Positions 1 through 9,299 are shown, counted from the stretch's first letter. The stretch: 64,000 nt of DNA from an uncultured virus (IMG/VR IMGVR_UViG_3300022867_000010) (IMGVR_UViG_3300022867_000010), one strand, 5' to 3'. The notes: generated by a model not told the origin, from the sequence alone. Program-made: numbers and translations.

Positions 1-51
1 TAATCATAACGGGCATTGTTTTCCATATAACCATCATACTATTCTCTTATT

Positions 52-129
52 TGGTACATCTGACGGGGATCGAACCCGCATTTCCCTGATTGAAAGTCAA
101 GTTGCCTATTCCAGTTAGCAGACAGATGT
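52..129 (-). tRNA. tRNA-Glu(TTC)
   Basis: Cloverleaf on the minus strand: acceptor ACATCTG/CAGATGT, anticodon loop CT-TTC-AA, GGTTCGAT T-loop, encoded CCA. Confidence 0.9.
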
Positions 130-149
130 ATAATTCTTTTAATATATTT

Positions 150-225
150 TGGGGTGTAATCTGGGTTTCGAACCCAACCCTCATGAGTCACAGTCATGCA
201 TGCTTCCAATTACACCTATCACACC
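150..225 (-). tRNA. tRNA-His(GTG)
   Basis: Anticodon arm CATGA-CT-GTG-AC-TCATG, G-1:C73 pair typical of tRNA-His, encoded CCA. Confidence 0.9.
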
Positions 226-245
226 CCAAAATATATTCTACCCAT

Positions 246-276
246 AAAAAAACCCGCGATATTTCTATGGCGGGTT
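246..276 (-). terminator. Intrinsic terminator upstream of the tRNA genes
   Basis: AACCCGC..GCGGGTT stem followed by a T-run on the minus strand. Confidence 0.7.
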
Positions 277-390
277 AACGTTGTCTCTTATTATAAGTTT
301 GTTACTTTCTTTAAGACAATGCATCCCCGCTACACAATTTCTCGTGTTTTAAGAGTTGTTCTAGTTTTAAAATTAATGTTTTCATATGTT

Positions 391-451
391 TATTTATACG
401 TTTTATTATTTAATATATAGTTATTATAACAGGTTTTTACACCTTTGTCAA
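391..451 (-). promoter_or_regulatory. sigma70 promoter (TTGACA 451-446, TATAAT 428-423) plus T4 late promoter TATAAATA (398-391)
   Basis: Consensus boxes with 17-bp spacer. Confidence 0.75.
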
Positions 452-454
452 CCT

Positions 455-691
455 TTATTTTGGTGCTTCGTGAGACCAACCCATATCTTTCATTTTTAGA
501 TGATCTGCTTTAACCTTTGCCATTTTGCTTTTTCCTGTCTTAGGGTCATACATCATGTGCGGCTCAAAATCATCTTCTTTGACACATTTATTAACCATCT
601 TACCTTTGTTCTTTCCAGTACCGTCCTGCTTACCGTCTTTCTTATAGCCGTCCCAGCAATCTTGTTCTCTAAAAAATTTAAATGTTTTCAT
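455..691 (-). CDS. Hypothetical protein with capsid-targeting-like N-terminus
   Basis: Starts MKTFKFFREQ; CWDGY...CV motif; in a late unit. Confidence 0.6.
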   Translation of the reverse strand: MKTFKFFREQDCWDGYKKDGKQDGTGKNKGKMVNKCVKEDDFEPHMMYDPKTGKSKMAKVKADHLKMKDMGWSHEAPK

Positions 692-692
692 A

Positions 693-1073
693 TCATACCT
701 TAATTTTAGGGTCGTTAGACTTAAAGTCTTTCTTTCTCATGATAGTCTTTGTGACCATCTCTTTATCTTTTGGACGTGCGTTTATGACAAACGGTATGTT
801 TACATCGTTTGCAACATCATTAATAACTGCCTCGAAATTGTCTGGAAAGTCTGCCATAGATTTTCCCATTTTTTTCCAAGCTTTTCTGAACAGACTTATT
901 AACTCTGCAGCAGTAATGGGTTTTCCATTTCTCTCATCATTCATTCTGTCGGCGAAATGTCGTGTAAAAGATACATCGATGTTTGCCTTTTTAAACAACT
1001 TGTCGGCAAACTTCTCTACCTGATTAAGTTGATCTTGAGTTATTTCTTCGTTAAAGTTTTTAAAGGATTTCAT
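693..1073 (-). CDS. Hypothetical protein with capsid-targeting-like N-terminus
   Basis: Starts MKSFKNFNEE; TATAAATA at 1086-1079. Confidence 0.65.
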   Translation of the reverse strand: MKSFKNFNEEITQDQLNQVEKFADKLFKKANIDVSFTRHFADRMNDERNGKPITAAELISLFRKAWKKMGKSMADFPDNFEAVINDVANDVNIPFVINARPKDKEMVTKTIMRKKDFKSNDPKIKV

Positions 1074-1090
1074 TTAGCTATTTATAACTT

Positions 1091-1360
1091 TTAAGATTCC
1101 CAATAACTAAAGAATTGTATCTTGTAGTATTCCAACCTTGTTGCCACGTAGTTTAAATGATTATTGAACCATCGTCTAACAATATAACCACGAGCAATAC
1201 TGATTACAGTAAAAAATGTAACAATGGCCCAATGTTGATTAGATGTAAAGTTCATGCCTGTTATTGACGCAATCACAGGCCATGAGATAAACCCTATTAC
1301 AAATCCAATGATCGTATTTAGACAAGTTTCCACCAACGATACAAATTTGCTCTGTATCAA
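1091..1360 (-). CDS. Small membrane protein
   Basis: Two hydrophobic segments; overlaps its neighbour. Confidence 0.6.
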   Translation of the reverse strand: MIQSKFVSLVETCLNTIIGFVIGFISWPVIASITGMNFTSNQHWAIVTFFTVISIARGYIVRRWFNNHLNYVATRLEYYKIQFFSYWES

Positions 1361-1614
1361 GATTTATTTCTCATTTTTTGGTATTCATGGTGCAATACGG
1401 ATATCCACACACCAGACAAAATGAATGCAGCCAGAAAAACATAGTCCCAACTGTGTTGAAATGGCGCACCCCATATTAGGATTTCGATCATTCCCTCTAT
1501 TGCATTAAAGATCATAAACATCATAAAGATGCCATACCAAATAGAACAATAAGGATGCTTATGAAACTTGACTGTATCCACCACACAAAATGCATATCTG
1601 TTTAATATATTCAT
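1357..1614 (-). CDS. Small membrane protein
   Basis: Two hydrophobic segments; ATGA overlaps with neighbours. Confidence 0.55.
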   Translation of the reverse strand: MNILNRYAFCVVDTVKFHKHPYCSIWYGIFMMFMIFNAIEGMIEILIWGAPFQHSWDYVFLAAFILSGVWISVLHHEYQKMRNKS

Positions 1615-1829
1615 CTATAATCCTCGCTGTCATAATGACCTCTAGACAGTATTTCATAAATGTCTTCGGGTTCAGGCTCGGGGTTGTTTACAAGATCCAT
1701 CTTGGACATTTCCTCTTGGTGCCAGTAGTCCCATTCCATGGCGCTTTCGTACATATGTTCTGAATACCACGAATCATTTTCTTCTTCCATAATAAGATAT
1801 TGTTCGTCTGTATAATTTTCTGTTGACAT
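1611..1829 (-). CDS. Acidic hypothetical protein
   Basis: ORF; start reassigned to MSTENY. Confidence 0.5.
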   Translation of the reverse strand: MSTENYTDEQYLIMEEENDSWYSEHMYESAMEWDYWHQEEMSKMDLVNNPEPEPEDIYEILSRGHYDSEDYR

Positions 1830-2082
1830 AAATTTTTTTCTCAATCTTCTTATAATTAGCACCAATAAACTCACGCAGGTTCGCACTTTCTATTTCTGAT
1901 TCAGTTTTCCAGATATCGAAGTAACGTATATATGAAATATCTACATGACAGCGCAAACATCTACTGTACCGTTCACTGTGGTAATTTGATTTTATGTCAA
2001 AGAAAGTGTAAGTGCCTCGTACCCGACGATGAACGTTTTTTCGATCAACTTTATGGCCAAACCACGAACACATCATACCCAT
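1774..2082 (-). CDS. Hypothetical protein
   Basis: ORF downstream of a sigma70 promoter at 2145-2117. Confidence 0.45.
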   Translation of the reverse strand: MGMMCSWFGHKVDRKNVHRRVRGTYTFFDIKSNYHSERYSRCLRCHVDISYIRYFDIWKTESEIESANLREFIGANYKKIEKKIYVNRKLYRRTISYYGRRK

Positions 2083-2128
2083 TTAATGACTTCCTACTTA
2101 ATTATTTAGTACGTGTATTATACCACAA

Positions 2129-2566
2129 CTATGGTGTAATGTCAACAACATCGCCAATATATCGTTCAACTACGCGTTCTCTCAAATTAGTAGTGCTAAA
2201 AGAGTGCTTTCGTTGGTTGTACACGATTTCGATGTCTCTCTTACCACAAATCGACTTACCTGTGAAATTTGTCATTTTATACTCTTCGCCAATAAATCTC
2301 TTGTGTATATCATATGTGAGCATTATATCTTCAAGATCGGTCTCACGTGTGTACGGCACGATCTCATCAACGTACCGACACCCTTTTAATTGCACATATC
2401 TTTCAAACAAAGACTGAATAGGTGCATTCTTTTGAGGCCTGTCGATAGTCGGGTCTGACTGTAATCCTACAATTAGATAATCACATTTTTGTTTTGCTTC
2501 GTGTAACATGGAAACGTGACCTGCATGAAAAAGATCAAAGGTGCTAAAAGTTATGCCTATGATCAT
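2129..2566 (-). CDS. Glycerol-3-phosphate cytidylyltransferase-like protein (TagD family)
   Basis: TFDLFHAGH (HIGH) motif, LIVGLQSD, C-terminal RKHSFSTT. Confidence 0.85.
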   Translation of the reverse strand: MIIGITFSTFDLFHAGHVSMLHEAKQKCDYLIVGLQSDPTIDRPQKNAPIQSLFERYVQLKGCRYVDEIVPYTRETDLEDIMLTYDIHKRFIGEEYKMTNFTGKSICGKRDIEIVYNQRKHSFSTTNLRERVVERYIGDVVDITP

Positions 2567-2835
2567 TGCGATACACCACCTTGTCTTTCTTCGCCATGTT
2601 TGATTTCCCACATATTCAAGTTTCTTGTCAGATAATCAAAAAACAAGTCGCTTTTAGTAACACTCCAAGCTACACATTCGTCTTTCATCACAAAGATAGT
2701 ATCTTCCTTAGGACTATCATCATCATCATCATCCTGGGCTACATATATAGCGTTGATACCCCTTGACATTTTTCCATGTACAACCTCGAACATATGTAGC
2801 ATTTTTTCTTCAATTGTTAAATCTTGTTTATTCAT
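2563..2835 (-). CDS. Hypothetical protein
   Basis: ORF coupled to the ligase and TagD-like genes. Confidence 0.5.
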   Translation of the reverse strand: MNKQDLTIEEKMLHMFEVVHGKMSRGINAIYVAQDDDDDDSPKEDTIFVMKDECVAWSVTKSDLFFDYLTRNLNMWEIKHGEERQGGVSQ

Positions 2836-4154
2836 TACATTTTCTCCTGTTCATCAAAGCCGCGGAATCGGACGAATCGCGGAAATCTTAAACTATAAGT
2901 GTCTTTATCTCTAGACTGAGTGATGGCGTCTGCTTTTATCTCTACGACACCAACAGGGTTATCGCTATTCCATATAAGATCGCGAGTCTCGTCAGTCAAC
3001 CCTGACCCAACACTAACCAAGATCTCTTTACCATCTTCAACACCACTGCATACAAGTGCACCAAGGGTGCCTTTATATTTTCCTTCGCCTTCTTCTAGCT
3101 TTATCACCTTCAAGTCAAGCGTTATGAATGGTTTTAATTTCAACCAACTTGAAGACCGTTTACATTCATAAAATGATTCTGGGTCTTTAAGCATGATTCC
3201 TTCATATCCACCCTCGATTGCTTGTTTATTAATTTCTTTATATCTTGCCCGACCTGCGTCAGTATCAAGATCAACCACTTCACTAGATAAAAATCTAATG
3301 TGTTTGAATAGATATGATTTGTTATATGATTCTACAACAACGGAGCGTTCGGCTTGTTTTAATAGACTTTTTCCAGCAAGAAATTCATCCAAGGGCAATA
3401 TATCAAATACGTGAAGCACAGCATCACCAGCATCCACATCACTTTGTCTATTGACTTGAGTCATCAGGTCTTGAAAGTTGCTCGACATAATTTCACCGTC
3501 AAGTACCATATCAACAGGAAAATCTAGTGCCGACAATTCCGTCTTCGTGTGGCCAAAATTAAGCAATTCACGGCCATTGCGAGTGGTTTGGATGATACCA
3601 CCTTTGTTGGCCTTGATTACAGTCAGAACTCTAACTCCATCGAGCTTGATTTCTATTTGCTTTTTACCTACAACTTTCTTTTCGTGTTTTGCACTATCAT
3701 GAGCAAGCATACAAGCAAAAACAGGAATACCATATTCTGTTAGCATACCCGCCTCTTTTACTGCCTTGTTGACTGTGGATTCAGTAAATCCTGATCTCAT
3801 ATCCTGAATAAGAATATGGCGATACCAGAAGTCCCATTGATCTTTGCCAGACTTTTGCATAACTTCGATTATCGCATCTCTTGCTGCATGTCCCGTCAAC
3901 CTTCTAGATTCGAGGTCATCTGTTAAATTAGTAAAGTCATCCCATGGTAACGTAGGTGAATCAAATGATTGTGTAGACCAAGGAATTTTTTTAACTCCAA
4001 ACGTGATAAGAGGATTCATTGCTAAATTAAACCCTGCAAACAATTCGTCATTTCCTGCTTCAGCTTCGACGCGGATGGCATTCTGTTTAAAAGTTTTACC
4101 ATTGTCGCTCTGAAGATGTACTATGAAATCCCAAGGATTTGTTTTAAATGTCAT
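2835..4154 (-). CDS. 30: ATP-dependent DNA ligase (gp30)
   Basis: KLDG, VLDGE, EGIMLK, WLKLK and SLRFPRF motifs. Confidence 0.95.
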   Translation of the reverse strand: MTFKTNPWDFIVHLQSDNGKTFKQNAIRVEAEAGNDELFAGFNLAMNPLITFGVKKIPWSTQSFDSPTLPWDDFTNLTDDLESRRLTGHAARDAIIEVMQKSGKDQWDFWYRHILIQDMRSGFTESTVNKAVKEAGMLTEYGIPVFACMLAHDSAKHEKKVVGKKQIEIKLDGVRVLTVIKANKGGIIQTTRNGRELLNFGHTKTELSALDFPVDMVLDGEIMSSNFQDLMTQVNRQSDVDAGDAVLHVFDILPLDEFLAGKSLLKQAERSVVVESYNKSYLFKHIRFLSSEVVDLDTDAGRARYKEINKQAIEGGYEGIMLKDPESFYECKRSSSWLKLKPFITLDLKVIKLEEGEGKYKGTLGALVCSGVEDGKEILVSVGSGLTDETRDLIWNSDNPVGVVEIKADAITQSRDKDTYSLRFPRFVRFRGFDEQEKM

Positions 4155-4274
4155 TATTAATTTCTCATTTCAATTTTATACAGTAGTGCAAAATGCCGAT
4201 TAACACCAAGAAGGTCACAACCAACACCAGCTTAAACTTTAATACAGTTATCTTGTGTTTGTTCATATCATAAA

Positions 4275-4742
4275 TTACGCAAAAGTTAAAGTTGCCAAAT
4301 AAGCAAAGGCATGATGATATTTTTCAATCCGAGCAAAGTCTTTTCCACGCAAACCTTTCATACGAGTTGGGTCCATGTTATGTTTCAGATCAATTAATTT
4401 TACCATTACCGCGTCCTCATTTACGGCGATTCTATTAATGTATTGATCATAATCTTCGTCTGGTAAATGAGTCATCGACTCAATTCCAGCAATAACTCTG
4501 TCACTAAAACCCGTGCGCTGCAATCTATCAAATGTCCATTCGGGTTTGTCTTCGATCAAGTCATGCATGATGGCGATTTGCATCATTTCAGGGTCGTTTT
4601 TTGTTTTCTTTCCAATGTTGTTCATTACATGAATACAGTGAAGAATATATGGTCGACCGCCTTTATCTAGATCATAAGAGAAAGCAGCAGCAGTAATTTC
4701 GATTGCAATTGAAAGCATTCGGTTTTCGTGATCTGTTTTCAT
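4275..4742 (-). CDS. SpoT/Mesh1-like HD-domain hydrolase
   Basis: GRPYILH...MHDLIED...VKLIDLKHN. Confidence 0.8.
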   Translation of the reverse strand: MKTDHENRMLSIAIEITAAAFSYDLDKGGRPYILHCIHVMNNIGKKTKNDPEMMQIAIMHDLIEDKPEWTFDRLQRTGFSDRVIAGIESMTHLPDEDYDQYINRIAVNEDAVMVKLIDLKHNMDPTRMKGLRGKDFARIEKYHHAFAYLATLTFA

Positions 4743-4773
4743 AATATACACTCTTCAATTAATTTATACAACC

Positions 4774-4802
4774 ATTATATCATTAATAATGGTACTTGTC
4801 AA
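4774..4802 (-). promoter_or_regulatory. sigma70 early promoter
   Basis: TTGACA-17-TATAAT. Confidence 0.8.
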
Positions 4803-4826
4803 CACTTATTTTTAATTAATTAGGTG

Positions 4827-4884
4827 TTGACAAGTGAATAGAAGTGTGTTATAATAACTAAGTCGTGCCGGGGCAGGTTGGTAT
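4827..4884 (+). promoter_or_regulatory. Antisense sigma70 promoter with conserved G-rich leader, copy 1
   Basis: TTGACA 4827, TGnTATAAT 4850; 40 bp match 28003-28042 with one mismatch. Confidence 0.75.
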
Positions 4885-4887
4885 GTA

Positions 4888-5820
4888 CTAATCGAACTTC
4901 CTTGCCATAAGGGTATCAATTGGTATATTTGCAGATATCCAACCCCACAATTGAGTTTTAATATCAATCATTTTGTTTACGGGTTTGGATGGCATTTTGA
5001 GGGTCAGGTATTTAAAATCTTTTATTGTACCAAATATATCACCTTTCTGCTTCTTGCCACCGAAAGGTTTATCTAATCCTGTACGACCACGCGCTTGGGT
5101 ACCACGAATAGAGTCTGTAGGTTTATCACCATTTGATCTATAATCTTTTCCATCAGAAGTCTTGAAGAATATAGTATTCTTTTGGTTGTTTAATACAACG
5201 TGAATGCCGCCATTCAGACCAACGGGTATCTTATTTTTATCTACAATATCCCACATAGTCTTGGCCGCGCCTTCATGAGTTTCGAACATAATATCTGAAG
5301 GTACTACTCTTTCTCTGGATGCATTCTGTTTAATCGCTATCTTATAATCTGTTAATATCCAAACCAAATGTACATTGTTAGGATTATATCCCGCATCATA
5401 CATTCTAGGTAAAGTTTTATCAATTTGCTTTAGATCTTTTAGAGTAACGTCAAACATGATGTTTGGCAATATTTCTTTATTCTGCATGGCGCCAATCATA
5501 TTAGACAGAGTTTTATCTTTGATTCCTTTTTCGTCTACAAACTTGTGTAGTTTAAAAACGTCTTCAGGTTTCTTTAAATTGAGGCCACGTATCTCTGGAT
5601 ATTTCTTTTTTAACTTATCGATTTTAAGGAACGTCATTTTCCATTCATCAACATCACGAACTTTATAATCCTGAGAGTTAATAAAATTCTTTGCGGCAAA
5701 CCCTTTACCAGAGTTATGAACTAACATATTTTGCTTTGTGACATGATAGTTGTGATTGCCCGATATGCTCAGATCGTGAACTACTTCCTTAGTTATTTCA
5801 CTTCTTCTTATTAATTTCAT
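4888..5820 (-). CDS. Split-intein C-fragment (36 aa) fused to the C-terminal part of a P-loop kinase
   Basis: VHDLSISGNHNY...LVHN|SGKG; later IMFDVT and NASRERVVP. Confidence 0.85.
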   Translation of the reverse strand: MKLIRRSEITKEVVHDLSISGNHNYHVTKQNMLVHNSGKGFAAKNFINSQDYKVRDVDEWKMTFLKIDKLKKKYPEIRGLNLKKPEDVFKLHKFVDEKGIKDKTLSNMIGAMQNKEILPNIMFDVTLKDLKQIDKTLPRMYDAGYNPNNVHLVWILTDYKIAIKQNASRERVVPSDIMFETHEGAAKTMWDIVDKNKIPVGLNGGIHVVLNNQKNTIFFKTSDGKDYRSNGDKPTDSIRGTQARGRTGLDKPFGGKKQKGDIFGTIKDFKYLTLKMPSKPVNKMIDIKTQLWGWISANIPIDTLMARKFD

Positions 5821-5933
5821 CTGTTTTTTCCAATTTCTCGGTAAGTTCGGTAAGGGTCAATTCTGGAAAATGACCTCGGTCTTTTAAATATTCAGCCTTT
5901 TCTAAAAATCTTAACCATTTTTTGTGTCGTCAT

Positions 5934-6134
5934 TCATACTCGATGGGCCTTGCCTGTGTCTATAACAACATTTCCCAATCGTATATCTTCCACCATCATT
6001 GCTTTATCTATATTTAGTTCCATTTCCGTCATATATTTATATTTATATTGCGGAAATTGTGATTCACATGCTAAACGTTTGTCTAAATTTATTCCAAAAT
6101 CAACTAAACCTTTTGGCAGGTGGTGTTGGTATTG
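5934..6134 (-). pseudogene. Possible decayed GIY-YIG/T5orf172-like endonuclease remnant between the intein halves
   Basis: Startless frame FGINLDKRL...FPQYKYKYMTEMELNIDKAMMVE; position matches fractured-gene loci. Confidence 0.35.
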
Positions 6135-6140
6135 CGTTTA

Positions 6141-6521
6141 TTATGCTATTGGTATATCCTTTGCTTGTACCCATTCACCTTCAATAAAGAACTCGTGATT
6201 TGCAGTGCACTTAACTATTTCGCCATTATCGAACTCTAATTCTAACATAGGCTCTGGATTAGCTTCGAAAGAGTGGGTGTCTTCAACTTCTTTAAGTTCT
6301 TCGTTTCCTGTATCTTCATTTGTAGTCCAAACCAAATCACCTTCTTTTATATCTGAAATTGGTGTATGGCCCGATTCAGTATGTACCAGAGTATCTGCCG
6401 AGAAACAACCGGCGCCACCGGCAAGTATAACAATCTGACCGTATCGAGCGCCTTTGTTGATTAGCAGAAGTTTTTCTTGGAGTTCTTGTTGCTCCACTAT
6501 ATGATTTTTAAAGGATAACAT
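6141..6521 (-). CDS. P-loop kinase N-extein (38 aa) fused to split-intein N-fragment (88 aa)
   Basis: IVILAGGAG|CFSADTLV; block B CTANHEF; WVQAKDI then stop. Confidence 0.9.
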   Translation of the reverse strand: MLSFKNHIVEQQELQEKLLLINKGARYGQIVILAGGAGCFSADTLVHTESGHTPISDIKEGDLVWTTNEDTGNEELKEVEDTHSFEANPEPMLELEFDNGEIVKCTANHEFFIEGEWVQAKDIPIA

Positions 6522-6522
6522 A

Positions 6523-7005
6523 TTAATTTACATACATGTTTAGTTCGAATGTTTTGCTTTTGCTTTCTCTGTTGTAGATTTGTATGTGTAGTTTTTTCTT
6601 TGATTCCTTGCCATTTTTATCAACAAGAGTTAAGGTGTATCTATTTGTCTTTCCACGGCCTGGCTTTGCAGGACCTGTTGCAACATCATTCCATCGAGAT
6701 TCATCTTCGATAGCAAAGCCGGTTTTCTTTAATTCCTTTTCGACTTCTGTAAATGCATTGCTCATAGAGTCATGATATATCTCATAGGAAGTCTTGGCTT
6801 CTTTCAAAAGATCTTTTGCATCAACACTCATAGAACCGTTTTTGACACTTACATTAATTGTGCCGTTAGGGTTAACCATATCTACAACACCTTTCAGTGT
6901 TTTTGGAGACAAAGAGTCGTATTTATTTGCATTTTTTACAGTTACAACATCACCCTTGCTAAATTTGGACTTTGTTGCTTCGTCAAACTCTTTAAATGAT
7001 TTCAT
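6523..7005 (-). CDS. Hypothetical protein with capsid-targeting-like N-terminus
   Basis: Starts MKSFKEFDEA; TATAAATA at 7047-7040. Confidence 0.65.
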   Translation of the reverse strand: MKSFKEFDEATKSKFSKGDVVTVKNANKYDSLSPKTLKGVVDMVNPNGTINVSVKNGSMSVDAKDLLKEAKTSYEIYHDSMSNAFTEVEKELKKTGFAIEDESRWNDVATGPAKPGRGKTNRYTLTLVDKNGKESKKKLHIQIYNRESKSKTFELNMYVN

Positions 7006-7206
7006 GATCTCTCTGATAATTTGTAAGTTAGGATAATATTATTTATAACAAAAAGGCGCCGCGCCCTTAATTTATTATGTACCACAGCGACCAGCAGGCC
7101 ACGACTTGAGACCTTTTTGGCCGTGGTTCCCGATATGATCAGGTCCTTTTTGACAATTTGACCGCCAGTGCGGTATAACTTTGCTTCTGCTTTTATAATT
7201 ATTCAT

Positions 7207-7827
7207 TTAATCCCAAAGTGATTGATAGTGTTTTCCAAACAAATCAAATCCTTCTTGCATCTGTTCATGATGTTTTTTCAGACCGACATGATCACAAACA
7301 CTGGTATGATTCGGCCCTTTTACTAATTCAGAAAGATCTTCATCTGATGTGTCCTCCCATCTATAATCAAATTCTCCTGTATAATATTGACTCTCCCAGC
7401 CATCATCAATGGTCTGTTCGAATGCCCAGATCATTTTGTCCAGGACTTTATCCCATTCCTTTGCGCCAGAATTTTCTTCTAGTTGAAATCCTTCCCCCAC
7501 AAATGAGTGCTGTGGTGAGTACTCTTGTTCGTCGCAAAATTCGGAAGGATAACCATGCTGCTCTTTTTTAAGTTGCTTAAGTAATGGAACTATGATATAA
7601 GAGAGAGTTGAATAGACAGACCAAGTATCGTATTGATCAAGCTTTACTATCACTTTTCGCTTTCGTTTATCATATACCCATTGACATACATCACTAACGC
7701 ATTCAGGCAGCTTTCCACCAAGTTCAAAACACTTGTCCTCACTTACACCTATATGCTGAAGTAAATCTGTAAACTGATACGGTCCCCAATAGGTTAAGTA
7801 TGGCCCTATCTCAACTTTCATCGTCAT
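7207..7827 (-). CDS. Hypothetical phage protein
   Basis: 206-aa ORF with a Shine-Dalgarno site. Confidence 0.65.
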   Translation of the reverse strand: MTMKVEIGPYLTYWGPYQFTDLLQHIGVSEDKCFELGGKLPECVSDVCQWVYDKRKRKVIVKLDQYDTWSVYSTLSYIIVPLLKQLKKEQHGYPSEFCDEQEYSPQHSFVGEGFQLEENSGAKEWDKVLDKMIWAFEQTIDDGWESQYYTGEFDYRWEDTSDEDLSELVKGPNHTSVCDHVGLKKHHEQMQEGFDLFGKHYQSLWD

Positions 7828-7928
7828 TATCCTTATTGTGTATTATATTGCTTAGTTCACACATTACAGAAAACATCAACAAACCAAGAATTATAATAGA
7901 AGCGGTGACTATGATCAACGAAAAAAGA

Positions 7929-8153
7929 TCATTCATCATAGTCACCGCTTATTAATTCCTGTGATAGATAATGTGGATTTAATGCCCAGATACCGCATAG
8001 ATCGACGTATTCGTTTTCAGGTTGAACAAGACCTATTATTTCTGCCCATTCTTCCAATTCGTCTTTGGTCAATTCAACTGTCTGTTGTCTTTTATTCATC
8101 ACCAAAAAATCTTCCAGCTTTAGGATAATTACTTTTCGTTTGTCCATAATCAT
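7929..8153 (-). CDS. Hypothetical protein
   Basis: ORF in operon context. Confidence 0.4.
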   Translation of the reverse strand: MIMDKRKVIILKLEDFLVMNKRQQTVELTKDELEEWAEIIGLVQPENEYVDLCGIWALNPHYLSQELISGDYDE

Positions 8154-8260
8154 TAGAAAATGATATGTATATCACATCATGATTGATACCGACGTTTATA
8201 ATATTTCCTAATATAACTATTACAACAACAAGAATTAGTTTTGGCATGGGGTATTTATAA

Positions 8261-8737
8261 TCATTCAGGATCAATGGAACTTAACTCCTCTTTAAGCACT
8301 TCGATCCAAAATTCATATTTTGCTTGACGCGTCAAGTCAGCATTTTCAATTCTTTTCATTCGCCTTAAATCCATATTATGAGTCATATCACAAATCTTGA
8401 CTCGCATTGCGATAGGATTTAACATAACTCGATCCATGTAGACATTATAATCTTCATAGATAGGTGATTTAATTTTGGTTAGTGCTACAACAGCATCAAC
8501 AACTTTTCTGTTGAATCCTAACTGACCTAGTCGAACAGCCGTCATATCGGTATCTTCAACAATGTCGTGCAATAATGCAGCCATAATGTCATTGTCTGTG
8601 ATTAGTAAAGGATAAGTTTTTTGAAGTATCTTTGCAACTTCTCTTGGGTGATTGATGTATATCTCACCGCCTTTATCAAATTGGCCTTCGTGCATTATTG
8701 CTGCAATTTGATCTGCATATTCTATAGTATTAATCAT
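8261..8737 (-). CDS. SpoT/Mesh1-like HD-domain hydrolase
   Basis: GEIYINHP...AALLHDIVEDT...VKICDMTHN; start reassigned to MINTIEY. Confidence 0.85.
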   Translation of the reverse strand: MINTIEYADQIAAIMHEGQFDKGGEIYINHPREVAKILQKTYPLLITDNDIMAALLHDIVEDTDMTAVRLGQLGFNRKVVDAVVALTKIKSPIYEDYNVYMDRVMLNPIAMRVKICDMTHNMDLRRMKRIENADLTRQAKYEFWIEVLKEELSSIDPE

Positions 8738-8768
8738 ATAATTTTTTTTTCTCAATTTCCATACATGT

Positions 8769-8843
8769 ATTATACCATGGTTGGGGTATAATGTCAATAA
8801 CTAATTTTAGTTTAGTTATAATTAGTTGTTATATCGATATAAC
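8769..8843 (-). promoter_or_regulatory. sigma70 promoter with upstream palindrome
   Basis: TTGACA 8797-8792, TATAAT 8774-8769, GTTATATCGATATAAC 8828-8843. Confidence 0.85.
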
Positions 8844-8861
8844 TAATAGATAGGTCAATAT

Positions 8862-9299
8862 TCATCGCAAATGTAATAGGTTGAAATCAGGGCCGCAGAA
8901 TTTATAGTCTAATGCCATCTGATCATCACTCGTTCTTTTGTAGCGTTCGGCATAGTATAATATTTGTATACCTGCCTGACTTAAATGTTTCAGGCATTGT
9001 CTGCAAGGAGATAGAGTTGTATACATAGTGCCGCCTTCAATTGATAAGCCAGCCCGTGCGGCAAATATGATAGCATTCATTTCTGCATGAATTTCGTGAT
9101 CTGCACTCCATGCAGAATGTGCCTCCCCTGATTCAGTCCATACATCACAACAGTTGGTATACCCTTTTGGTGTGCCGTTATAACCGGTTGATATAATGCG
9201 ATCATCTTTGACTATAATCGCACCAACTTGAACAGAGACGCACTTAGAACTGCGTGCAACTTCCCTTGCTATATTCATGTATTGGTGATTGCCTATCAC
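8862..9299 (-). CDS. cd: dCMP deaminase
   Basis: STGYNGTP, HAEMNAI and SPCRQC motifs. Confidence 0.95.
   Translation of the reverse strand: MIGNHQYMNIAREVARSSKCVSVQVGAIIVKDDRIISTGYNGTPKGYTNCCDVWTESGEAHSAWSADHEIHAEMNAIIFAARAGLSIEGGTMYTTLSPCRQCLKHLSQAGIQILYYAERYKRTSDDQMALDYKFCGPDFNLLHLR

Noticed and set aside
6135..6143. Stop-codon readthrough joining the kinase intein halves in cis
   Set aside because: Two consecutive TAA codons, a further stop, and the C-half is in another frame with its own ATG.
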